The position numbers were made by a program, and so were the translations under genes. This document shows, in pieces, positions 1 through 14,016 of a stretch of 64,000 bases of DNA. The stretch is from contig OZ024759.1 in assembly GCA_964016885.1 (NCBI GenBank), positions 1,612,001 through 1,676,000 on the forward strand. Direction: 5' to 3'. The DNA is from Eledone cirrhosa. Its lineage: Eukaryota. A model generated the notes under the pieces. The model had not been told where the DNA came from, did no database searches, and was given only the letters and a program-made list of their open reading frames with translations. The stretch's first letter is position 1. Each line of letters opens with the position of its first letter.

Positions 1-3000
1 GACAGTCTATATTAGTAGCATGACAAAGTCTATATTAGTAACATGACACAGTCTACATTAGTAACATGACAAAGTCTATATTAGTAACATGACACAGTCT
101 ATATTAGTAACATGAGACAGTCTATATTAGTAACATGACAAAGTCTATATTAGTAACATGACAAAGTCTATATTAGTAACATGACAAAGTCTATATTAGT
201 AAAATGACAAAGTCTATATTAGTAACATGACAAAGTCTTTATTAGTAACATGACACAGTCTATATTAGTAACATGACACAGTATATATTAGTAACATGAC
301 AAAGTCTATATTAGTAACATGACACAGTCTATATTAGTAACATGACAAAGTCTATATTAGTAACATGACAAAGTCTATATTAGTAACATGACAAAGTCTA
401 TATTAGTAACATGACAAAGTCTATATTAGTAAAATGACACAGTCTATATTAGTAACATGACAAAGTCTATATTAGTAACATGACACAGTCTATATTAGTA
501 ACATGACACAGTCTATATTAGTAGCATGACACAGTCTATATTAGTACCATGATACAGTCTATATTAGTAACATGACAAAGTCTATATTAGTAACATGACA
601 AAGTCTATATTAGTAACATGACAAAGTCTATATTAGTAACATGACACAGTCTATATTAGTAACATGACACAGTCTATATTAGTAACATGACAAAGTCTAT
701 ATTAGTAACATGACACAGTCTATATTAGTAACATGACACAGTCTATATTAGTAGCATGACACAGTCTATATTAGTAACATGATACAGTCTATATTAGTAA
801 CATGACAAAGTCTATATTAGTAACATGACAAAGTCTATATTAGTAAAATGACAAAGTCTATATTAGTAACATGACAAAGTCTTTATTAGTAACATGACAC
901 AGTCTATATTAGTAACATGACACAGTCTATATTAGTAACATGACAAAGTCTATATTAGTAACATGACAAAGTCTACATTAGTAACATGACACAGTCTATA
1001 TTAGTAACATCACACAGTCTATATTAGTAACATGACAAAGTCTATATTAGTAACATGACAAAGTCTATATTAGTAACATGACACAGTCTATATTAGTAAC
1101 ATGACACAGTCTATATTAGTAACATGACACAGTCTATATTAGTAACATGAGACAGTCTATATTAGTAGCATGACAAAGTCTATATTAGTAACATGACACA
1201 GTCTACATTAGTAACATGACAAAGTCTATATTAGTAACATGACACAGTCTATATTAGTAACATGAGACAGTCTATATTAGTAACATGACACAGTCTATAT
1301 TAGTAACATGACACAGTCTATATTAGTAACATGACAAAGTCTATATTAGTAACATGACAAAGTCTATATTAGTAACATGACAAAGTCTATATTAGTAACA
1401 TGACAAAGTCTATATTAGTAAAATGACACAGTCTATATTAGTAACATGACAAAGTCTATATTAGTAACATGACACAGTCTATATTAGTAACATGACACAG
1501 TCTATATTAGTAGCATGACACAGTCTATATTAGTAACATGATACAGTCTATATTAGTAACATGACAAAGTCTATATTAGTAACATGACAAAGTCTATATT
1601 AGTAACATGACAAAGTCTATATTAGTAACATGACACAGTCTATATTAGTAACATGACACAGTCTATATTAGTAACATGACACAGTCTATATTAGTAGCAT
1701 GACACAGTGTATATTAGTAACATGATACAGTCTATATTAGTAACATGACAAAGTCTATATTAGTAACATGACAAAGTCTATATTAGTAAAATGACAAAGT
1801 CTATATTAGTAACATGACAAAGTCTTTATTAGTAACATGACACAGTCTATATTAGTAACATGACACAGTCTATATTAGTAACATGACAAAGTCTATATTA
1901 GTAACATGACAAAGTCTATATTAGTAACATGACACAGTCTATATTAGTAACATCACACAGTCTATATTAGTAACATGACAAAGTCTATATTAGTAACATG
2001 ACAAAGTCTATATTAGTAACATGACACAGTCTATATTAGTAACATGACACAGTCTATATTAGTAACATGACACAGTCTATATTAGTAACATGAGACAGTC
2101 TATATTAGTAGCATGACAAAGTCTATATTAGTAACATGACACAGTCTACATTAGTAACATGACAAAGTCTATATTAGTAACATGACACAGTCTATATTAG
2201 TAACATGAGACAGTCTATATTAGTAACATGACTAAGTCTATATTAGTAACATGACACAGTCTATATTAGTAATATGACACAGTCTATATTAGTAACATGA
2301 CACAGTCTATATTAGTAACATGACACAGTCTATATTAGTAACATGACAAAGTCTATATTAGTAACATGACACAGTCTATATTAGTAAAATGACAAAGTCT
2401 ATATTAGTAACATGACACAGTCTTTATTACTAACATGACACAGTCTATATTAGTAACATGACACAGTCTATATTAGTAACATGACAAAGTCTATATTAGT
2501 AACATGACACAGTCTATATTAGTAACATGACACAGTCTATATTAGTAACATGACAAAGTCTATATTAGTAACATGACAAAGTCTATATTAGTAACATGAC
2601 AAAGTCTATATTAGTAACATGACAAAGTCTATATTAGTAGCATGACAAAGTATGTATTAGTAACATGACAAGGTCAATATTAGTAACATGACAAAGTCTA
2701 TATTAGTAACATGACAAAGTCTATATTAGTAACATGACAAAGTCTATATTAGTAACATGACAAAGTCTATATTAGTAAAATGACACAGTCTATATTAGTA
2801 ACATGACAAAGTCTATATTAGTAACATGACACAGTGTATATTAGTAAAATGACAAAGTCTATATTAGTAACATGACACAGTCTTTATTACTAACATGACA
2901 CAGTCTATATTAGTAACATTAGACAGTCTATATTAGTAGCATGACAAAGACTATATTAGTAACATGACACAGTCTACATTAGTAACATGACAAAGTCTAT

Positions 3001-4803
3001 ATTAGTAACATGACACAGTCTATATTAGTAACATGAGACAGTCTATATTAGTAACATGACAAAGTCTATATTAGTAACATGACAAAGTCTATATTAGTAA
3101 CATGACAAAGTCTATATTAGTAAAATGACAAAGTCTATATTAGTAACATGACAAAGTCTTTATTAGTAACATGACACAGTCTATATTAGTAACATGACAC
3201 AGTATATATTAGTAACATGACAAAGTCTATATTAGTAACATGACACAGTCTATATTAGTAACATGACACAGTCTATATTAGTAACATGACAAAGTCTATA
3301 TTAGTAACATGACAAAGTCTATATTAGTAACATGACAAAGTCTATATTAGTAACATGACAAAGTCTATATTAGTAAAATGACACAGTCTATATTAGTAAC
3401 ATGACAAAGTCTATATTAGTAACATGACACAGTGTATATTAGTAACATGACACAGTCTATATTAGTAGCATGACACAGTCTATATTAGTAACATGATACA
3501 GTCTATATTAGTAACATGACAAAGTCTATATTAGTAACATGACAAAGTCTATATTAGTAACATGACAAAGTCTATATTAGTAACATGACACAGTCTATAT
3601 TAGTAACATGACACAGTCTATATTAGTAACATGACAAAGTCTATATTAGTAACATGACACAGTCTATATTAGTAACATGACACAGTCTATATTAGTAGCA
3701 TGACACAGTCTATATTAGTAACATGATACAGTCTATATTAGTAACATGACAAAGTCTATATTAGTAACATGACAAAGTCTATATTAGTAAAATGACAAAG
3801 TCTATATTAGTAACATGACAAAGTCTTTATTAGTAACATGACACAGTCTATATTAGTAACATGACACAGTCTATATTAGTAACATGACAAAGTCTATATT
3901 AGTAACATGACAAAGTCTATATTAGTAACATGACACAGTCTATATTAGTAACATCACACAGTCTATATTAGTAACATGACAAAGTCTATATTAGTAACAT
4001 GACAAAGTCTATATTAGTAACATGACACAGTCTATATTAGTAACATGACACAGTCTATATTAGTAACATGACACAGTCTATATTAGTAACATGAGACAGT
4101 CTATATTAGTAGCATGACAAAGTCTATATTAGTAACATGACACAGTCTACATTAGTAACATGACAAAGTCTATATTAGTAACATGACACAGTCTATATTA
4201 GTAAGATGAGACAGTCTATATTAGTAACATGACTAAGTCTATATTAGTAACATGACACAGTCTATATTAGTAATATGACACAGTCTATATTAGTAACATG
4301 ACACAGTCTATATTAGTAACATGACACAGTCTATATTAGTAACATGACAAAGTCTATATTAGTAACATGACACAGTCTATATTAGTAAAATGACAAAGTC
4401 TATATTAGTAACATGACACAGTCTTTATTACTAACATGACACAGTCTATATTAGTAACATGACACAGTCTATATTAGTAACATGACAAAGTCTATATTAG
4501 TAACATGACACAGTCTATATTAGTAACATGACACAGTCTATATTAGTAACATGACAAAGTCTATATTAGTAACATGACAAAGTCTATATTAGTAACATGA
4601 CAAAGTCTATATTAGTAACATGACAAAGTCTATATTAGTAGCATGACAAAGTCTATATTAGTAACATGACAAAGTCTATATTAGTAACATGACAAAGTCT
4701 ATATTAGTAACTTGACAAAGTCTATATTAGTAACATGACAAAGTCTATATTAGTAACATGACAAAGTCTATATTAGTAACATGACACAGTCTATATTAGT
4801 AAC

Positions 4804-4845
4804 ATGACAGTCTATATTAGTAACATGACAGTCTACATTAGTAAC
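4804..4845. repeat. First of 20 doublets of 21-bp deletion monomers (ATGACAGTCTATATTAGTAAC followed by ATGACAGTCTACATTAGTAAC)
   Basis: Doublets start at 4804, 11838, 13444, 16131, 19439, 22126, 27067, 30375, 32533, 33587, 36895, 39582, 44523, 47831, 49989, 52814, 56122, 58188, 61680 and 63930. In every complete case they are followed by a C-type monomer, a GTCGAT monomer and an AATGTC monomer. Confidence 0.95.
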
Positions 4846-5289
4846 ATGACACAGTCTATATTAGTAACATGACAAAGTCGATATTAGTAACATGACAATG
4901 TCTATATTAGTAACATGACAAAGTCTATATTAGTAACATGACACAGTCTATATTACTAACATGACACAGCCTATATTAGTAACATGACACAGTCTATATT
5001 AGTAACATGACAAAGTCTATATTAGTAACATGACAAAGTCTATATTAGTAACATGACAAAGTCTATATTAGTAACATGACACAGTCTATATTAGTAACAT
5101 GAGACAGTCTATATTAGTAACATGACAAAGTCTATATTAGTAACATGACAAAGTCTATATTAGTAAAATGACAAAGTCTATATTAGTAACATGACAAAGT
5201 CTTTATTAGTAACATGACACAGTCTATATTAGTAACATGACACAGTATATATTAGTAACATGACAAAGTCTATATTAGTAACATGACAC

Positions 5290-8200
5290 AGTCTATATTA
5301 GTAACATGACACAGTCTATATTAGTAACATGACAAAGTCTATATTAGTAACATGACAAAGTCTATATTAGTAACATGACAAAGTCTATATTAGTAACATG
5401 ACAAAGTCTATATTAGTAAAATGACACAGTCTATATTAGTAACATGACAAAGTCTATATTAGTAACATGACACAGTCTATATTAGTAACATGACACAGTC
5501 TATATTAGTAGCATGACACAGTCTATATTAGTAACATGATACAGTCTATATTAGTAACATGACAAAGTCTATATTAGTAACATGACAAAGTCTATATTAG
5601 TAACATGACAAAGTCTATATTAGTAACATGACACAGTCTATATTAGTAACATGACACAGTCTATATTAGTAACATGACAAAGTCTATATTAGTAACATGA
5701 CACAGTCTATATTAGTAACATGACACAGTCTATATTAGTAGCATGACACAGTCTATATTAGTAACATGATACAGTCTATATTAGTAACATGACAAAGTCT
5801 ATATTAGTAACATGACAAAGTCTATATTAGTAAAATGACAAAGTCTATATTAGTAACATGACAAAGTCTTTATTAGTAACATGACACAGTCTATATTAGT
5901 AACATGACACAGTCTATATTAGTAACATGACAAAGTCTATATTAGTAACATGACAAAGTCTATATTAGTAACATGACACAGTCTATATTAGTAACATCAC
6001 ACAGTCTATATTAGTAACATGACAAAGTCTATATTAGTAACATGACAAAGTCTATATTAGTAACATGACACAGTCTATATTAGTAACATGACACAGTCTA
6101 TATTAGTAACATGACACAGTCTATATTAGTAACATGAGACAGTCTATATTAGTAGCATGACAAAGTCTATATTAGTAACATGACACAGTCTACATTAGTA
6201 ACATGACAAAGTCTATATTAGTAACATGACACAGTCTATATTAGTAACATGAGACAGTCTATATTAGTAACATGACTAAGTCTATATTAGTAACATGACA
6301 CAGTCTATATTAGTAACATGACACAGTCTATATTAGTAACATGACAAAGTCTATATTAGTAACATGACAAAGTTTATATTAGTAACATGACAAAGTCTAT
6401 ATTAGTAACATGACACAGTCTATATTAGTAACATGACGAAGTCTATATTAGTAACATGACACAGTCTATATTAGTAACATGACACAGTCTATATTAGTAA
6501 CATGACAAAGTCTATATTAGTAACATGACACAGTCTATATTAGTAAAATGACAAAGTCTATATTAGTAACATGACAAAGTCTTTATTACTAACATGACAC
6601 AGTCTATATTAGTAACATGACACAGTCTATATTAGTAACATGACAAAGTCTATATTAGTAACATGACACAGTCTATATTAGTAACATGACACAGTCTATA
6701 TTAGTAACATGACAAAGTCTATATTAGTAACATGACAAAGTCTATATTAGTAACATGACAAAGTCTATATTAGTAACATGACAAAGTCTATATTAGTAAC
6801 ATGACAAAATCTATATTAGTAACATGACACAGTCTATATTAGTAACATGACACAGTCTATATTAGTAACATGACACAGTCTATATTAGTAACATTAGACA
6901 GTCTATATTAGTAGCATGACAAAGTCTATATTAGTAACATGACACAGTCTACATTAGTAACATGACAAAGTCTATATTAGTAACATGACACAGTCTATAT
7001 TAGTAACATGAGACAGTCTATATTAGTAACATGACAAAGTCTATATTAGTAACATGACAAAGTCTATATTAGTAACATGACAAAGTCTATATTAGTAAAA
7101 TGACAAAGTCTATATTAGTAACATGACAAAGTCTTTATTAGTAACATGACACAGTCTATATTAGTAACATGACACAGTATATATTAGTAACATGACAAAG
7201 TCTATATTAGTAACATGACACAGTCTATATTAGTAACATGACAAAGTCTATATTAGTAACATGACAAAGTCTATATTAGTAACATGACAAAGTCTATATT
7301 AGTAACATGACAAAGTCTATATTAGTAAAATGACACAGTCTATATTAGTAACATGACAAAGTCTATATTAGTAACATGACACAGTCTATATTAGTAACAT
7401 GACACAGTCTATATTAGTAGCATGACACAGTCTATATTAGTACCATGATACAGTCTATATTAGTAACATGACAAAGTCTATATTAGTAACATGACAAAGT
7501 CTATATTAGTAACATGACAAAGTCTATATTAGTAACATGACACAGTCTATATTAGTAACATGACACAGTCTATATTAGTAACATGACAAAGTCTATATTA
7601 GTAACATGACACAGTCTATATTAGTAACATGACACAGTCTATATTAGTAGCATGACACAGTCTATATTAGTAACATGATACAGTCTATATTAGTAACATG
7701 ACAAAGTCTATATTAGTAACATGACAAAGTCTATATTAGTAAAATGACAAAGTCTATATTAGTAACATGACAAAGTCTTTATTAGTAACATGACACAGTC
7801 TATATTAGTAACATGACACAGTCTATATTAGTAACATGACAAAGTCTATATTAGTAACATGACAAAGTCTACATTAGTAACATGACACAGTCTATATTAG
7901 TAACATCACACAGTCTATATTAGTAACATGACAAAGTCTATATTAGTAACATGACAAAGTCTATATTAGTAACATGACACAGTCTATATTAGTAACATGA
8001 CACAGTCTATATTAGTAACATGACACAGTCTATATTAGTAACATGAGACAGTCTATATTAGTAGCATGACAAAGTCTATATTAGTAACATGACACAGTCT
8101 ACATTAGTAACATGACAAAGTCTATATTAGTAACATGACACAGTCTATATTAGTAACATGAGACAGTCTATATTAGTAACATGACACAGTCTATATTAGT

Positions 8201-11080
8201 AACATGACACAGTCTATATTAGTAACATGACAAAGTCTATATTAGTAACATGACAAAGTCTATATTAGTAACATGACAAAGTCTATATTAGTAACATGAC
8301 AAAGTCTATATTAGTAAAATGACACAGTCTATATTAGTAACATGACAAAGTCTATATTAGTAACATGACACAGTCTATATTAGTAACATGACACAGTCTA
8401 TATTAGTAGCATGACACAGTCTATATTAGTAACATGATACAGTCTATATTAGTAACATGACAAAGTCTATATTAGTAACATGACAAAGTCTATATTAGTA
8501 ACATGACAAAGTCTATATTAGTAACATGACACAGTCTATATTAGTAACATGACACAGTCTATATTAGTAACATGACAAAGTCTATATTAGTAACATGACA
8601 CAGTCTATATTAGTAACATGACACAGTCTATATTAGTAGCATGACACAGTCTATATTAGTAACATGATACAGTCTATATTAGTAACATGACAAAGTCTAT
8701 ATTAGTAACATGACAAAGTCTATATTAGTAAAATGACAAAGTCTATATTAGTAACATGACAAAGTCTTTATTAGTAACATGACACAGTCTATATTAGTAA
8801 CATGACACAGTCTATATTAGTAACATGACAAAGTCTATATTAGTAACATGACAAAGTCTATATTAGTAACATGACACAGTCTATATTAGTAACATCACAC
8901 AGTCTATATTAGTAACATGACAAAGTCTATATTAGTAACATGACAAAGTCTATATTAGTAACATGACACAGTCTATATTAGTAACATGACACAGTCTATA
9001 TTAGTAACATGACACAGTCTATATTAGTAACATGAGACAGTCTATATTAGTAGCATGACAAAGTCTATATTAGTAACATGACACAGTCTACATTAGTAAC
9101 ATGACAAAGTCTATATTAGTAACATGACACAGTCTATATTAGTAACATGAGACAGTCTATATTAGTAACATGACTAAGTCTATATTAGTAACATGACACA
9201 GTCTATATTAGTAACATGACACAGTCTATATTAGTAACATGACAAAGTCTATATTAGTAACATGACAAAGTTTATATTAGTAACATGACAAAGTCTATAT
9301 TAGTAACATGACACAGTCTATATTAGTAACATGACGAAGTCTATATTAGTAACATGACACAGTCTATATTAGTAACATGACACAGTCTATATTAGTAACA
9401 TGACAAAGTCTATATTAGTAACATGACACAGTCTATATTAGTAAAATGACAAAGTCTATATTAGTAACATGACAAAGTCTTTATTACTAACATGACACAG
9501 TCTATATTAGTAACATGACACAGTCTATATTAGTAACATGACAAAGTCTATATTAGTAACATGACACAGTCTATATTAGTAACATGACACAGTCTATATT
9601 AGTAACATGACAAAGTCTATATTAGTAACATGACAAAGTCTATATTAGTAACATGACAAAGTCTATATTAGTAACATGACAAAGTCTATATTAGTAACAT
9701 GACAAAATCTATATTAGTAACATGACACAGTCTATATTAGTAACATGACACAGTCTATATTAGTAACATGACACAGTCTATATTAGTAACATTAGACAGT
9801 CTATATTAGTAGCATGACAAAGTCTATATTAGTAACATGACACAGTCTACATTAGTAACATGACAAAGTCTATATTAGTAACATGACACAGTCTATATTA
9901 GTAACATGAGACAGTCTATATTAGTAACATGACAAAGTCTATATTAGTAACATGACAAAGTCTATATTAGTAACATGACAAAGTCTATATTAGTAAAATG
10001 ACAAAGTCTATATTAGTAACATGACAAAGTCTTTATTAGTAACATGACACAGTCTATATTAGTAACATGACACAGTATATATTAGTAACATGACAAAGTC
10101 TATATTAGTAACATGACACAGTCTATATTAGTAACATGACAAAGTCTATATTAGTAACATGACAAAGTCTACATTAGTAACATGACAAAGTCTATATTAG
10201 TAACATGACAAAGTCTATATTAGTAAAATGACACAGTCTATATTAGTAACATGACAAAGTCTATATTAGTAACATGACACAGTCTATATTAGTAACATGA
10301 CACAGTCTATATTAGTAGCATGACACAGTCTATATTAGTACCATGATACAGTCTATATTAGTAACATGACAAAGTCTATATTAGTAACATGACAAAGTCT
10401 ATATTAGTAACATGACAAAGTCTATATTAGTAACATGACACAGTCTATATTAGTAACATGACACAGTCTATATTAGTAACATGACAAAGTCTATATTAGT
10501 AACATGACACAGTCTATATTAGTAACATGACACAGTCTATATTAGTAGCATGACACAGTCTATATTAGTAACATGATACAGTCTATATTAGTAACATGAC
10601 AAAGTCTATATTAGTAACATGACAAAGTCTATATTAGTAAAATGACAAAGTCTATATTAGTAACATGACAAAGTCTTTATTAGTAACATGACACAGTCTA
10701 TATTAGTAACATGACACAGTCTATATTAGTAACATGACAAAGTCTATATTAGTAACATGACAAAGTCTATATTAGTAACATGACACAGTCTATATTAGTA
10801 ACATCACACAGTCTATATTAGTAACATGACAAAGTCTATATTAGTAACATGACAAAGTCTATATTAGTAACATGACACAGTCTATATTAGTAACATGACA
10901 CAGTCTATATTAGTAACATGACACAGTCTATATTAGTAACATGAGACAGTCTATATTAGTAGCATGACAAAGTCTATATTAGTAACATGACACAGTCTAC
11001 ATTAGTAACATGACAAAGTCTATATTAGTAACATGACACAGTCTATATTAGTAACATGAGACAGTCTATATTAGTAACAT
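5290..11080. repeat. 2,898-bp tandem duplication (126 monomers, no deletion monomers); ends approximate
   Basis: Offset of 2,898 for ATCACAC 5998/8896 and 7907/10805, ATTAGAC 6895/9793 and TACCATG 7443/10341. Confidence 0.87.
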
Positions 11081-14016
11081 GACTAAGTCTATATTAGTAA
11101 CATGACACAGTCTATATTAGTAACATGACACAGTCTATATTAGTAACATGACAAAGTCTATATTAGTAACATGACAAAGTTTATATTAGTAACATGACAA
11201 AGTCTATATTAGTAACATGACACAGTCTATATTAGTAACATGACGAAGTCTATATTAGTAACATGACACAGTCTATATTAGTAACATGACACAGTCTATA
11301 TTAGTAACATGACAAAGTCTATATTAGTAACATGACACAGTCTATATTAGTAAAATGACAAAGTCTATATTAGTAACATGACAAAGTCTTTATTACTAAC
11401 ATGACACAGTCTATATTAGTAACATGACACAGTCTATATTAGTAACATGACAAAGTCTATATTAGTAACATGACACAGTCTATATTAGTAACATGACACA
11501 GTCTATATTAGTAACATGACAAAGTCTATATTAGTAACATGACAAAGTCTATATTAGTAACATGACAAAGTCTATATTAGTAACATGACAAAGTCTATAT
11601 TAGTAGCATGACAAAGTATGTATTAGTAACATGACAAGGTCAATATTAGTAACATGACAAAGTCTATATTAGTAGCATGACAAAGTCTATATTAGTAACA
11701 TGACAAAGTCTATATTAGTAACATGACAAAGTCTATATTAGTAACATGACAAAGTCTATATTAGTAACATGACAAAGTCTATATTAGTAACATGACAAAG
11801 TCTATATTAGTAACATGACACAGTCTATATTAGTAACATGACAGTCTATATTAGTAACATGACAGTCTACATTAGTAACATGACACAGTCTATATTAGTA
11901 ACATGACAAAGTCGATATTAGTAACATGACAATGTCTATATTAGTAACATGACAAAGTCTATATTAGTAACATGACACAGTCTATATTACTAACATGACA
12001 CAGCCTATATTAGTAACATGACACAGTCTATATTAGTAACATGACAAAGTCTATATTAGTAACATGACAAAGTCTATATTAGTAACATGACAAAGTCTAT
12101 ATTAGTAACATGACACAGTCTATATTAGTAACATGACACAGTCTATATTAGTAGCATGACACAGTCCATATTAGTAACATGATACAGTCTATATTAGTAA
12201 CATGACAAAGTCTATATTAGTAACATGACAAAGTCTATATTAGTAAAATGACAAAGTCTATATTAGTAACATGACAAAGTCTTTATTAGTAACATGACAC
12301 AGTCTATATTAGTAACATGACACAGTCTATATTAGTAACATGACAAAGTCTATATTAGTAACATGACAAAGTCTATATTAGTAACATGACACAGTCTATA
12401 TTAGTAACATCACACAGTCTATATTAGTAACATGACAAAGTCTATATTAGTAACATGACAAAGTCTATATTAGTAACATGACACAGTCTATATTAGTAAC
12501 ATGACACAGTCTATATTAGTAACATGACACAGTCTATATTAGTAACATGAGACAGTCTATATTAGTAGCATGACAAAGTCTATATTAGTAACATGACACA
12601 GTCTACATTAGTAACATGACAAAGTCTATATTAGTAACATGACACAGTCTATATTAGTAACATGAGACAGTCTATATTAGTAACATGACTAAGTCTATAT
12701 TAGTAACATGACACAGTCTATATTAGTAACATGACACAGTCTATATTAGTAACATGACAAAGTCTATATTAGTAACATGACAAAGTTTATATTAGTAACA
12801 TGACAAAGTCTATATTAGTAACATGACACAGTCTATATTAGTAACATGACGAAGTCTATATTAGTAACATGACACAGTCTATATTAGTAACATGACACAG
12901 TCTATATTAGTAACATGACAAAGTCTATATTAGTAACATGACACAGTCTATATTAGTAAAATGACAAAGTCTATATTAGTAACATGACAAAGTCTTTATT
13001 ACTAACATGACACAGTCTATATTAGTAACATGACACAGTCTATATTAGTAACATGACAAAGTCTATATTAGTAACATGACACAGTCTATATTAGTAACAT
13101 GACACAGTCTATATTAGTAACATGACAAAGTCTATATTAGTAACATGACAAAGTCTATATTAGTAACATGACAAAGTCTATATTAGTAACATGACAAAGT
13201 CTATATTAGTAGCATGACAAAGTATGTATTAGTAACATGACAAGGTCAATATTAGTAACATGACAAAGTCTATATTAGTAGCATGACAAAGTCTATATTA
13301 GTAACATGACAAAGTCTATATTAGTAACATGACAAAGTCTATATTAGTAACATGACAAAGTCTATATTAGTAACATGACAAAGTCTATATTAGTAACATG
13401 ACAAAGTCTATATTAGTAACATGACACAGTCTATATTAGTAACATGACAGTCTATATTAGTAACATGACAGTCTACATTAGTAACATGACACAGTCTATA
13501 TTAGTAACATGACAAAGTCGATATTAGTAACATGACAATGTCTATATTAGTAACATGACAAAGTCTATATTAGTAACATGACACAGTCTATATTACTAAC
13601 ATGACACAGCCTATATTAGTAACATGACACAGTCTATATTAGTAACATGACAAAGTCTATATTAGTAACATGACAAAGTCTATATTAGTAACATGACAAA
13701 GTCTATATTAGTAACATGACACAGTCTATATTAGTAACATGACACAGTCTATATTAGTAGCATGACACAGTCCATATTAGTAACATGATACAGTCTATAT
13801 TAGTAACATGACAAAGTCTATATTAGTAACATGACAAAGTCTATATTAGTAAAATGACAAAGTCTATATTAGTAACATGACAAAGTCTTTATTAGTAACA
13901 TGACACAGTCTATATTAGTAACATGACACAGTCTATATTAGTAACATGACAAAGTCTATATTAGTAACATGACAAAGTCTATATTAGTAACATGACACAG
14001 TCTATATTAGTAACAT
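10562..14016. repeat. 1,606-bp tandem duplication (70 monomers)
   Basis: Offset of 1,606 for ATCACAC 10805/12411, GTCGAT 11914/13520 and GTCCAT 12167/13773. Confidence 0.9.
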
